Under the pieces are notes generated by a model. The model was given only the letters and a program-made list of their open reading frames with translations. It did not search any database and was not told where the DNA came from. Source: a virus (Duplodnaviria; Caudoviricetes). From it: 64,000 nt of DNA. The stretch lies in IMG/VR virus record IMGVR_UViG_2913409695_000001, positions 2,181 through 66,180 of that record. The stretch is one strand, 5' to 3'. Of this stretch, positions 37,163 to 46,493 are shown piece by piece; positions within the stretch are counted from its first letter, which is position 1, and every line of letters starts with the position of its first letter. Both the position numbers and the translations under genes were made by a program.

Positions 37163-37290
37163 TTTAACGCATATAATGAAGATACACGTCTAATAAGTAT
37201 GCACGTCACTTCACGTAGGGTACGTTTTACCTACTGCGCGCCTCGGACGCACACCCTCCGCAAATTTTCCGCTTCAATACGTCATTATCT

Positions 37291-37323
37291 ATGCATAAAC
37301 GGTGTATAAACGATGCATAAACG
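37291..37323 (+). repeat. 11-bp tandem repeat x3
   Basis: ATGCATAAACG GTGTATAAACG ATGCATAAACG. Confidence 0.8.
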
Positions 37324-37571
37324 TATAATTGACGTACATGTGCGTGTCGACTACGGAAGGGTGAGCGCCGAGAACGTAGACGTGGCGCGGGGTTCGGGGA
37401 TTTCGGAGGGTACGTAGACTATTGTACAAAACATATATTTTGTGCACATGTAGGTTGCGTTAATGCGTTAAAGTGCGTGACCCCCAAGGCCCCTCTTTCG
37501 AGAGGCCGTTTTAGGCGCAGAGAAAATCCGCGTATCAAAAATAACGTTTGGACTTGCGGAGAGTTTCCGCT

Positions 37572-37667
37572 TAAAATCACCGTGAAATCAGCGGAGTTAT
37601 CACGCAGGGTATACGAACACACCCGTCAGCGGGTAACTGCGCTAATTTCACGTTAAAATCACGCTAA
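37572..37667 (+). repeat. second copy of the dispersed element at 489-584
   Basis: TAAAATCACCGTGAAAT-N52-GCTAATTTCACGTTAAAATCACGCTAA. Confidence 0.8.
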
Positions 37668-37687
37668 AATGAAGGGAGGCGGTATCT

Positions 37688-39469
37688 ATCGCATGGGTTA
37701 ACGGTAAGTGGCTGACGCGACCTGACCGCGAATCGCGCATCAACGAAATCGCAACGCTACTCGACGCGCTCGACGGCGTAGATATTGCCGATTTATCAAC
37801 GGAAGACGCGGCGGACGTTGACGCACAGCTTGCGGAGTATGAGCGCTTAACGAGGATTAACGAAGCCGAGACAGATTTGATCGCGTTCGCTCTCGAATAC
37901 TTTTCGGAGGCGCGTAATCCGGGCAACGCCGGCAACTGGGACGGATTCGATATTACGGATGTCGCGGATGCGCCTTCGTTTCACCGTGAAATTGCCGCCA
38001 TAATGGACGGCGTGAGCAACGTTAAGACAAATGATAAGGTAGCGGTGGCGGCGCCGCGATCTCACGCTAAATCTACGTATCTATCGAAGGCGTTTCCGTT
38101 GCGCGAAATTGTGTACCGGAAGCGTAAATACGAAATCATCATATCGGAGACGCCGGCCGTGTCTAGCGGCAACTTGGACTGGATCGCGCTACAGCTTAAG
38201 CATAACGAGAAGCTGCGCCGCGACTTCGGTCCTTTATTGTCTCCGAAGCAGCAAGAGAATCCGAAAGATAATTCGTCCGAGTTTATCGCATGGGAACCGC
38301 AGGAATCCGGAGTGCCGCGATTACTCACGAAAGTTGAGGCGGCGTCGACCGGACAAGCGCTACGTGGACGTAACTGGAACGGTGTGCGGCCGGACTTAAT
38401 CGTATGTGACGATCTCGAAGATATTAAATCGAATGCCGCGACGCCCGAACTACGGAAGAAGATGCGCGACTGGTTCTCGCAGACTGTTGTGCCGCTTGGC
38501 GATCCGAAAGGGAAACGGACGGCTTTCGTTTACATGGGGACAACGGTGCATCACGAAGCGCTACTCGTCAACGTGTTATATAACCGCGCGGACTTTAAGA
38601 GCCGCGTATATCGCGCGATTATCGAGTGGCCCGAGCGGATGGACTTATGGGAAGCGTGCCGACTCGTATACGCGGACAGGGAACGTCCCGTATCGGAGCG
38701 CGCCGAAGACGCACGCAAGCTATACGAGTTGAACCGCGAGGAAATGGATCGCGGTGCTCGCGTATTGTGGCCGGAAGCACAGCCGATTTGGAAACTTATG
38801 ACGTGGAAATGGGACAACGGTTCGAAAGCGTTCAATACGGAGTATATGAATAATCCGGTCGATGAGGAATCGATGATATTTAATCCGGAGAAATTTACGT
38901 ATTGGGACGATAAGCCGATTCGCGATCTCTTATCGCAGTATCCGCGCCCGATGGACGAGTTTGACGTATTCATGGGCGTAGACTTCGCGATGGGTAAAAC
39001 GCGCGGTGACTATTCGGCAATCGTCACAATCGCGCGCCATAAAGAGACCGGTACCAAGTACGTTATTGACGCGTACGGCGAGCGCGTTAAGCCTGACGAG
39101 TTTATTCGCGTGATTACCGATAAGGTGCTGCGTTATCAGCCGAATGCAATCGCGGCCGAAGCGCAGGCGGCGCAAGAGTTTTTCGTACAGAAACTAAAAG
39201 AAGCGCTACAGGCCGCAGGCTATCCGGCTAGGACGCGCGTTAAAGAGATACATCAAAGGTCGCGTAAGGAATTGCGTATAGAGGCGCTGCTCCCGGATAT
39301 CGAGAGTGGCGCTATTCAATTTACGCGGAAACACGCGCTGTTGCTCGAGCAGTTTGAGACGTATGGAACAGGGAGCCACGATGACTTGCCAGATGCCTTA
39401 GAACAATCAATAAGCATCTGTAGCCAATCCAAACGACAAATAAGACAAAAACCTTCATGGGCCTACTGA
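37688..39469 (+). CDS. terL: terminase large subunit (probable ATC start)
   Basis: APRSHAKS, LIVCDDLED, VDFAMG, HDDLPDA; frame open to ATC-GCA-TGG 8 nt after GGAGG. Confidence 0.9.
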   Translation: MAWVNGKWLTRPDRESRINEIATLLDALDGVDIADLSTEDAADVDAQLAEYERLTRINEAETDLIAFALEYFSEARNPGNAGNWDGFDITDVADAPSFHREIAAIMDGVSNVKTNDKVAVAAPRSHAKSTYLSKAFPLREIVYRKRKYEIIISETPAVSSGNLDWIALQLKHNEKLRRDFGPLLSPKQQENPKDNSSEFIAWEPQESGVPRLLTKVEAASTGQALRGRNWNGVRPDLIVCDDLEDIKSNAATPELRKKMRDWFSQTVVPLGDPKGKRTAFVYMGTTVHHEALLVNVLYNRADFKSRVYRAIIEWPERMDLWEACRLVYADRERPVSERAEDARKLYELNREEMDRGARVLWPEAQPIWKLMTWKWDNGSKAFNTEYMNNPVDEESMIFNPEKFTYWDDKPIRDLLSQYPRPMDEFDVFMGVDFAMGKTRGDYSAIVTIARHKETGTKYVIDAYGERVKPDEFIRVITDKVLRYQPNAIAAEAQAAQEFFVQKLKEALQAAGYPARTRVKEIHQRSRKELRIEALLPDIESGAIQFTRKHALLLEQFETYGTGSHDDLPDALEQSISICSQSKRQIRQKPSWAY

Positions 39470-39492
39470 TTAATCATCGAGGGGGTGTAGCA

Positions 39493-40263
39493 TTGGACAG
39501 GAAAAAATTACATGTCTCATTACTATGTCATAACTGTAGAAAAGAATTTTCAAAGAACTTATATTATCTCATTAAGCGAGTTCGAGAGCAAAAAACAAGG
39601 TTTTTCTGCTCAAGGAAATGTGCGAGCTTACATCATTCACAATGTATGGTAGGAAAAGGTAATCCAAATTTTGGCGGAACATTTCACGGCAAGTTAACAT
39701 CTGATCGAACTACCGAAGAAATGGCTGAATCCGTTAGAAAGATGGTAGCCACACGGGAAGCACGCAAGTCATTACACGGCGAACGAAACGGCAGATGGGC
39801 AGGTGGGTGGAGAGAGGTAACCTGCATTATTTGCAGCAAGACATATAACACACCACCGTATAGGTACCGGCGGATTATGGCCGGAATACAGCAAGCCTGT
39901 TGCGACCACAACTGCGCAAGGCTTTATGCACAGACACAAGTCAAAACGGCGAAGACATCTATAGAAATAAAAATGGCCAACGAGCTGACTAAGAGAGAAA
40001 TTGCATTCGAGGAGCAATACATTCTAGGCAATAAGTTCGCGTTAGATTTTTATCTACCAGAATACAAAATTGTAATTGAATGCGACGGGGACTACTGGCA
40101 CACAAAACCGGACGTGGTTAAACGAGATCGATCCAAAAACGCGTATATAGCCGCCTGCGGACTAACGTTATTCCGCTTTTGGGAGCGTGAAATCAACACA
40201 AGTATTGAAGCCTGCGTCGATTTAGTCTTAGCGGAAATAAACACTAGAGAAATTGCAGCTTAA
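39493..40263 (+). CDS. free-standing DUF559/Vsr-like endonuclease with zinc repeats
   Basis: CHNC...CSRKC; GNPNFGG; SIEIKM...LDFYLPEYKIVIECDGDYWH...FRFWE. Confidence 0.8.
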   Translation: MDRKKLHVSLLCHNCRKEFSKNLYYLIKRVREQKTRFFCSRKCASLHHSQCMVGKGNPNFGGTFHGKLTSDRTTEEMAESVRKMVATREARKSLHGERNGRWAGGWREVTCIICSKTYNTPPYRYRRIMAGIQQACCDHNCARLYAQTQVKTAKTSIEIKMANELTKREIAFEEQYILGNKFALDFYLPEYKIVIECDGDYWHTKPDVVKRDRSKNAYIAACGLTLFRFWEREINTSIEACVDLVLAEINTREIAA

Positions 40264-40283
40264 ACGAAAGGAGGGACGCAATC

Positions 40284-41840
40284 TTGGCTAAATTATTCGA
40301 TGTCGGAGAGCAATATCCTCCGGCTAGTCATATACCGCGGCTCGCACGCTATAAACGCGGCCGTATTATCTTTGACGGACGACACGCGGAAATATACGAA
40401 CGAGCGACGTCGCTGTTAAAGGATACTCCGCACGCATCGCAGCTCAAAACGTTATTTATCGCGGTGAATCTTATGGACATCTTGCTGACGAAGCCGGCCG
40501 ATTTGCTCACGGGAGAGCCGCCGACTTACGAAGCCGGAACCGGTCCGGGAACGCGTGAACAGGAACGACTCGACTCAATCGTTGAGGAAAACGACCTAAC
40601 GCAAATGACGCATGAACTCGTTATCGGCGGTGGCTATCGCGGTGATTCATTCGTTAAATCGCGCTACGGGGCGCGCGCCGATACGTCGGAGACGGAAGCG
40701 CTCGGATTGGACGTGGACGTGACACTAGAGCCGATTATCGAAGCGGTACCGGCAAACATTGTATTTCCGGAGTTATCCGTTGGCTCGCGTAAGAAGTTTA
40801 AAGCAATTAACATCGCGTGGATCGAGTGGGTTGAGGAGACAGGCGGAAAAATTACGCAATGGTTGACGGGTAGCCCCGTAACCGCAACGCCGTATCTCAA
40901 CGTTGAGCGCTACATTCCCGGATACATCGTATATGAGCGATATAAACTCTCGGAACGCGGAGTTGATTCGGAGTGGGGCGTACCAATTAGCACATACTAC
41001 ATCGAGGAGAAGGTCGATACCGGACGCGAGTCTGACGTAGAGGAAACGGGAACCGACCGTTTACTTGTCCACCACATTCCGTATAAATCGGTTGATGACC
41101 GGTGGGAAGGTATCAGCGGAGTTGAGAAGATAGAAAGCGTGTTGAGCGCGATTAACGAACGGCTCGTGCAGATCGATTACATCCTTTGGAAGCATAGTGA
41201 TCCGTGGATGTACGGACCAGGCGACATCGAGGATAGTGGCGACAAGGTGCGCGGGGGCGGCCGATACATTCCGCTTGAAAAAGACGATCCAACGCCGGGC
41301 TATATGACGTGGGAGGGCCAGCTCGAATCCGCGTTCAAAGAGCTCGATATCCTGCTTGGCCTCGTTTATCAGATGAGCGAAACGCCGCAGTGGTTATTCG
41401 GCACTACGCTTGCCAACGATAAAGGCGGAACGGGAACGTCGCACACGGATTCCGGCGCGATTAAGGCGCGTTTTATGCCGATACTAGCGAAAGTCAATCG
41501 GATACGCGCGCACGTTGACCGCGCTCTCCGTGACGCAATTTGGACCGTAATGCAGCTCGAAAACTACGCTAATCGTGGCGTGGCCGGATGGGAACCTTAT
41601 ACTCCGGTTTATCCCGTAATCAGATGGCGCGATGGCGTACCTCAGGACCCTAAAGAGGCCGCAGAAGTAGCGCAAATCCGTACTGGTAATAAGCCGACAC
41701 AATCGGTGGCGGACGCGATTAAAGAGCTCGACGGAGTTAGCGCGGCGCAAGCGGAGGAAATAGTCAAACGTATCGACGCGGATGAGCAACGCGTAAACGG
41801 TACGGTCGATAGTTCGATATTCAACGGTGGTAACGGATGA
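40284..41840 (+). CDS. portal protein, SPP1 family
   Basis: 518 aa after terminase; typical N- and C-terminal motifs. Confidence 0.85.
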   Translation: MAKLFDVGEQYPPASHIPRLARYKRGRIIFDGRHAEIYERATSLLKDTPHASQLKTLFIAVNLMDILLTKPADLLTGEPPTYEAGTGPGTREQERLDSIVEENDLTQMTHELVIGGGYRGDSFVKSRYGARADTSETEALGLDVDVTLEPIIEAVPANIVFPELSVGSRKKFKAINIAWIEWVEETGGKITQWLTGSPVTATPYLNVERYIPGYIVYERYKLSERGVDSEWGVPISTYYIEEKVDTGRESDVEETGTDRLLVHHIPYKSVDDRWEGISGVEKIESVLSAINERLVQIDYILWKHSDPWMYGPGDIEDSGDKVRGGGRYIPLEKDDPTPGYMTWEGQLESAFKELDILLGLVYQMSETPQWLFGTTLANDKGGTGTSHTDSGAIKARFMPILAKVNRIRAHVDRALRDAIWTVMQLENYANRGVAGWEPYTPVYPVIRWRDGVPQDPKEAAEVAQIRTGNKPTQSVADAIKELDGVSAAQAEEIVKRIDADEQRVNGTVDSSIFNGGNG

Positions 41841-42664
41841 TTACGGAGCCTAATTACGACCGTGACGTCGCGAAGTTAGTTGACGCGTATAAACGTGCAA
41901 TTACCGCAATTTTAGCGGAGTTAAACCGCCTCGATCTATCGGAAATATCGCGCGCTAACGCACAGGTCGCACTTTCGGAGGTTACGAAAATATTATCGTC
42001 ACTTAACGAAGAGTCGGCGCAGTGGGTTAAGGCGAACATCCCGAAAGCGGCGACCGACGGAATTATCCGCACACTCATTGATATTGGCGTAGTCAAAACG
42101 GTTGAGGAAGCGCAGAAAATCGTTAAGTTTAACCGCATCAATCGCGAAATGGTTGCGTCAGCCGTTGCGGATACGCAGGCGGATTTACTTGCGGTAACGC
42201 AGAACGTCGACCGCAAAGTTCGCGCCGCCGTCCGCCAAGCGACCGCCGATTCGTTTCGTGCGAATATGACGGCGGGCATTAACGGTCGGCGTACGATAAG
42301 CCGCGATATACTCACGCAAATGCGCAAGACGCTCGGCGACTCCGTGAATACCGGACTTATTGACGCGGCCGGACGACGATGGAAACCGGAAGTTTACGTT
42401 GAAATGATGACGCGTACGAAAATGATGCAAACGCAAATTGACGCAACGATTAACGAAGCGCTCGGTCGCGATGTTCAATACGGAGTCATATCGCGACATG
42501 GCGCTAAAGATGACTGTCAATTATGGGAGGGGCGGGTCATTAAATTAACTCCGGACGCCCCCGGAGATTACCCGTATATTGGCGATTTACCTCGCAGGCA
42601 AATTTTTCACCCCAATTGTAAACATGTTGTTTCGCCAGTGCGCGATCCTGAATCGATGCTCTAG
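41837..42664 (+). CDS. minor capsid protein
   Basis: ISRHGA.D.C..WEG...FHPNCKH. Confidence 0.85.
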   Translation: MITEPNYDRDVAKLVDAYKRAITAILAELNRLDLSEISRANAQVALSEVTKILSSLNEESAQWVKANIPKAATDGIIRTLIDIGVVKTVEEAQKIVKFNRINREMVASAVADTQADLLAVTQNVDRKVRAAVRQATADSFRANMTAGINGRRTISRDILTQMRKTLGDSVNTGLIDAAGRRWKPEVYVEMMTRTKMMQTQIDATINEALGRDVQYGVISRHGAKDDCQLWEGRVIKLTPDAPGDYPYIGDLPRRQIFHPNCKHVVSPVRDPESML

Positions 42665-42751
42665 GCGTTTTTATTTTGTCCAGACGCGGCACGACGTTAA
42701 ACTCTGCGGAAACCATGCGCTACGCGGCGTTAAAACGCGGGAGGATACGAA

Positions 42752-43450
42752 ATGAAAAACGAACAATCTCACTATTATAGATACGCATTGAATCTGCAAA
42801 CCTTCGCGGAAGGTGACCCGGAGCCAATACCGGAACCGCCAGCAGAACCGGAGGACAAGACGTTTACTCAAGCGGAGCTCGACCAAATTGTCGCGGATAG
42901 GCTCGCGCGTGAACGTAAGAAGACCGAAAAGTTTGCGGACTATGACGATATCAAAGCGAAATTGACCGCGCTAGAACAGGCGGAAGAAGAACGTAAGAAA
43001 GCGGAACTAACCGAGGCCGAACGGTTGGCAGCGGAGTTAGAGGAAGCACGGAAGAAAGCGCAAGAAGCGGACGAACGCGGAGCAACCGCGATAACTGCCG
43101 CTAATACACGCGTGATTAACGCAGAGTTTAGAGCGCTCGCGCACGAGAATAAGATTCCGGCTGATCGCGTAGCCGCTGCATTAAAATTGGCTGACTTAAG
43201 CGCGATTACAGTTGATGACGACGGCAACCCCCAAGGCGTAGAGGACGCGGTAAAGGCGCTAATCGCCGCACATCCGTATCTCGCCGAGCAAGCGAAGCCG
43301 AAACCGATTGGTGGCGCTAGTGGCGGAGGGGAACCGCAGGAGAAAACGAAAGAGCAACTATTGAAAGAAGCGGGTGATAAGGCGCGCAGAACCGGAAAAC
43401 CGGAAGACTTCGCGGCATTCGCGGCACTGAAACTTAAACTTGAGAGTTAA
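42752..43450 (+). CDS. capsid scaffolding protein
   Basis: NLQTFAEG; FTQAELDQIVADRLARE; coiled coil; PYL. Confidence 0.85.
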   Translation: MKNEQSHYYRYALNLQTFAEGDPEPIPEPPAEPEDKTFTQAELDQIVADRLARERKKTEKFADYDDIKAKLTALEQAEEERKKAELTEAERLAAELEEARKKAQEADERGATAITAANTRVINAEFRALAHENKIPADRVAAALKLADLSAITVDDDGNPQGVEDAVKALIAAHPYLAEQAKPKPIGGASGGGEPQEKTKEQLLKEAGDKARRTGKPEDFAAFAALKLKLES

Positions 43451-43509
43451 AGGCTGTTCCTAACGGGACGGCCTTTTTATTTTAACAAAAACTAGGAGGA
43501 ATCACTTAA

Positions 43510-44601
43510 ATGCCAAGAATTTATACGACTGATCTAATCGGTAAGAAGCTGTCCGTAGTAGACGAAATCCTGTTGCTTAATCCGCACCAAACGCCACTCC
43601 TGAACCTTATCGGATTTTCCGATGCGGTAACGCAAACATCGCATCAATGGTTTGAAGACGAAATGTTCGGCGACGATTCTACGGTTGTCGGCGCTAAACT
43701 CGCGACTGACACTTCCGTTGTCGTAGCGAACGCAGAACCGTTCCGCGTCGGTCACGTTGTGAAAATCGGAGACGAGTTGCTGTATGTTTCCGCAATTAAT
43801 ACGGGCACTAAAACGCTGACTGTAACGCGTGGTTACGCAAGCACAACGGCTGCTGCGATCGCTGACGGCGCTAAAATCGAAGTTCAATTCGTAGAAGGAA
43901 CCGAGGGAGCTGACGCCCGTTCTGCACGCTTCAAGGCGCGTAATAGCGTTTCGAATTACACACAAATCTTCGACGACTCTGTAGAAATCACCGGCACTGC
44001 TGAAGCTGTTACGCAATACGGAATCAGCGACTTATACGAGTACGAAAAACAAAAGAAACAAGTTGAACTCGCGCTGTCTCTTGAAAAAGCGCTAATCAAC
44101 GGTGTGGCGTATCAAAACGGTAACGTTCGTCAAATGCGCGGTATTCGTAACTTTATTCAAACAAACGTGACTGACGCGGCTGGCGCAGGCATTGACGGCG
44201 GCAAGCTGAACGACGCTCTCCAATCCATCTACGAAAAAGGTGGCTTCGCCTCCGGCGGAAATTACAAGATCATAGTCGGCGCGAAACAAAAACGTGCGAT
44301 CTCGGCACTCGACTCTAATAAAATCCTGATCGCGCAAAGCGAAAACAGCCGCGGTCAAAAGGTTGACCATTTCGTATCTGACTTCGGTCAATTCGAAATC
44401 GTACTGAATAACAACCTTGACGCTAAAGAGGCTATCATCACGGACGTTAACCGTATGGCAATCCGCCCATTGGCAGGCCGCGAGTTCTTCCACAAATACC
44501 TCGGCGAGCAAGGCGACTACACTCGCGGTATCTTGGTCGGTGAGTACACGCTTGAGTTCCGTCAAGAAAAAGCTCACGCGCGCATCAAAGGTTTGGCGTA
44601 A
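43510..44601 (+). CDS. major capsid protein (SU10/DUF5309-like)
   Basis: TSHQWFED; NYTQIF; EKALING; MRGI; GEYTLE. Confidence 0.85.
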   Translation: MPRIYTTDLIGKKLSVVDEILLLNPHQTPLLNLIGFSDAVTQTSHQWFEDEMFGDDSTVVGAKLATDTSVVVANAEPFRVGHVVKIGDELLYVSAINTGTKTLTVTRGYASTTAAAIADGAKIEVQFVEGTEGADARSARFKARNSVSNYTQIFDDSVEITGTAEAVTQYGISDLYEYEKQKKQVELALSLEKALINGVAYQNGNVRQMRGIRNFIQTNVTDAAGAGIDGGKLNDALQSIYEKGGFASGGNYKIIVGAKQKRAISALDSNKILIAQSENSRGQKVDHFVSDFGQFEIVLNNNLDAKEAIITDVNRMAIRPLAGREFFHKYLGEQGDYTRGILVGEYTLEFRQEKAHARIKGLA

Positions 44602-44616
44602 TAGTCCCAATCACGA

Positions 44617-44638
44617 GCCTGCGTTTGCGGGCTCTTTT
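44617..44638 (+). terminator. intrinsic terminator after the capsid gene
   Basis: GAGCCTGC...GCGGGCTC plus TTTT. Confidence 0.6.
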
Positions 44639-44652
44639 AACGGAGGTAACGA

Positions 44653-44865
44653 ATGTCTACGTACACATCACGCTACGCCGAACTCGGCTTTTACGTTAAT
44701 GGCGAATTGAGGCGATTTAGAAACGGTGAGTACCGCACCGACAACGCAGATGAAGCCGCTGTACTTGATGCGTTGGTTGATGCGGTAAAAGAACAAACGG
44801 AGGAATTAGCCGAAAAGCCTGCGTCTAAACAACGCAAAGCAACGAGCGCACCCTCCGAAACATAA
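44653..44865 (+). CDS. small head-associated hypothetical protein
   Basis: GGAGG SD; position after MCP. Confidence 0.6.
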   Translation: MSTYTSRYAELGFYVNGELRRFRNGEYRTDNADEAAVLDALVDAVKEQTEELAEKPASKQRKATSAPSET

Positions 44866-44879
44866 CGGAGGTGGTCCGA

Positions 44880-45278
44880 TTGGCTATTTCGGTAGCACTC
44901 GCGGATTTTTATATCAACGCAAACTGTATCGATATTGACGACTGGACGGACGCAGATACAGCGAAAAAACAACGTATATTAAACGTCGCTGAAAACACGC
45001 TTACCCGCGCCTATTCGCAATATACGATACCAGACGAAGCGGTGTACGAGTTCTCGAATACTTTAGTTGTCGCGTTTAACGACACGAATAAGCTGGCGCA
45101 ACAAGGATTAACCGGATTTACCGTTGATAAAGTCGGCTCGTTCAATTTTAAAGACGCGTTCGTAAACGGAGTTGGCGCAGATTTACGCAAGTTTATTCCG
45201 CAATCAGCGCTCGATCTTATCGGTGACGCGAACGGCGTAACACTTTCGAAGCGCGCGACGAAGTGGGTGACGATGTAA
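44880..45278 (+). CDS. head-tail connector-like protein
   Basis: ADFYI...W..AD...K...L..A; TTG start. Confidence 0.65.
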   Translation: MAISVALADFYINANCIDIDDWTDADTAKKQRILNVAENTLTRAYSQYTIPDEAVYEFSNTLVVAFNDTNKLAQQGLTGFTVDKVGSFNFKDAFVNGVGADLRKFIPQSALDLIGDANGVTLSKRATKWVTM

Positions 45279-45595
45279 TGGCGATAATTCCGCTAAAGCA
45301 AACGGTCACTGTTACGAAGGCTGGCGCGGATTCCGGATGGGGACACACCGATTCCGGCGCGGTCGTTATGTACAAGGCGCGCGTTACCGAACAGACTAGC
45401 GTAGTCATCAATCAATTCGGAGCAGAAGCCGTTTCGAGCATGACGATTATTTTCGATAAGCTACCGGACGTTTCGTACGACGACGTTATAACGTACACGA
45501 ACGAATTGGGCGTTACGATCGCACGAAAACCGCTAGCTATCGAACCTAGACGGATGCTTAACGGTAAGCCGATACTGACGGAAGTGTACGTTTGA
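45278..45595 (+). CDS. head closure-like protein
   Basis: Position; QTVTV...D.GWG...KARV. Confidence 0.6.
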   Translation: MAIIPLKQTVTVTKAGADSGWGHTDSGAVVMYKARVTEQTSVVINQFGAEAVSSMTIIFDKLPDVSYDDVITYTNELGVTIARKPLAIEPRRMLNGKPILTEVYV

Positions 45596-46017
45596 TGGCG
45601 GAAGCACTCGAATTTGACGTCTCCGCGCTGTTGCGTTTAGTTGACGGATCTGCGGACGTTATTGAAGAAGCGGCAAAACGCGGAATGCACGACGCGCTCG
45701 ATGCGTGGAAACGTGAGTCCGTAGACATTGCGCCATTAGACGAAGGAACGTTACGTCGGTCGATTACGGTCGGCGAGATTGAGCGTAATGGAAACGAATT
45801 TACCGGTGAAATTACGGCGAATGCGGTCGTTCAATCGAGTAAAGGGCGTTTTAATTACGCTTATTATATTCACGAAGAAGACGCGGGCGGTAAGAGCCTT
45901 CGCGCTCCTGGAACGGAGAAGAAGTTCCTCGATATTCCTGCGCAACAGAACGGTAAGAAATGGCTCGCGGACATAGAGAACGAAATTAAATCGGAATTGA
46001 AAGGAATGGGGTGGTAA
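45595..46017 (+). CDS. HK97 gp10-like neck protein
   Basis: APLDEGTLRRSI; YAYYIHE; KKFL. Confidence 0.75.
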   Translation: MAEALEFDVSALLRLVDGSADVIEEAAKRGMHDALDAWKRESVDIAPLDEGTLRRSITVGEIERNGNEFTGEITANAVVQSSKGRFNYAYYIHEEDAGGKSLRAPGTEKKFLDIPAQQNGKKWLADIENEIKSELKGMGW

Positions 46018-46018
46018 G

Positions 46019-46441
46019 TTGGCGTTAAACGACGAAATTATTGCGATAGAGTCATTCGTTAAAGCGCAGTTTCCGGACGCTACGACCGGCAAGCAAACCA
46101 TTCCGGCAGTTCCGAAGGCAAACTCGTTCTATGTCCGTTTTCTATCGGAAGAACGCGAGAATGAAACACGCTACCATTACCGGATTGACCGCGAATATCA
46201 AATCGTCTACTTTGCGCAATGGCCGGAACAGGTTATGCCGAAAATGGACGCGTTAGGTCGTGCGTTATACCAAGCGGACTCTATTGATTATATCCGCATC
46301 GAGTCATTCTCATTTTCGCAACCGGTGAAAACGGATAACGACTTATTCGTATCGATCGGAATCCTCGCAACAAGCACTCGTGAATCGCGTGACCAAACGG
46401 CATATCCAAAAATCAACAACGTGACAGTCAAACAACCATAA
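46019..46441 (+). CDS. tail terminator-like protein
   Basis: Position before sheath. Confidence 0.55.
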   Translation: MALNDEIIAIESFVKAQFPDATTGKQTIPAVPKANSFYVRFLSEERENETRYHYRIDREYQIVYFAQWPEQVMPKMDALGRALYQADSIDYIRIESFSFSQPVKTDNDLFVSIGILATSTRESRDQTAYPKINNVTVKQP

Positions 46442-46493
46442 AGAAGGGCGTTCCAAAATGGAGCGCTCTTTTTATTTATAAGGAGGTTATTAC

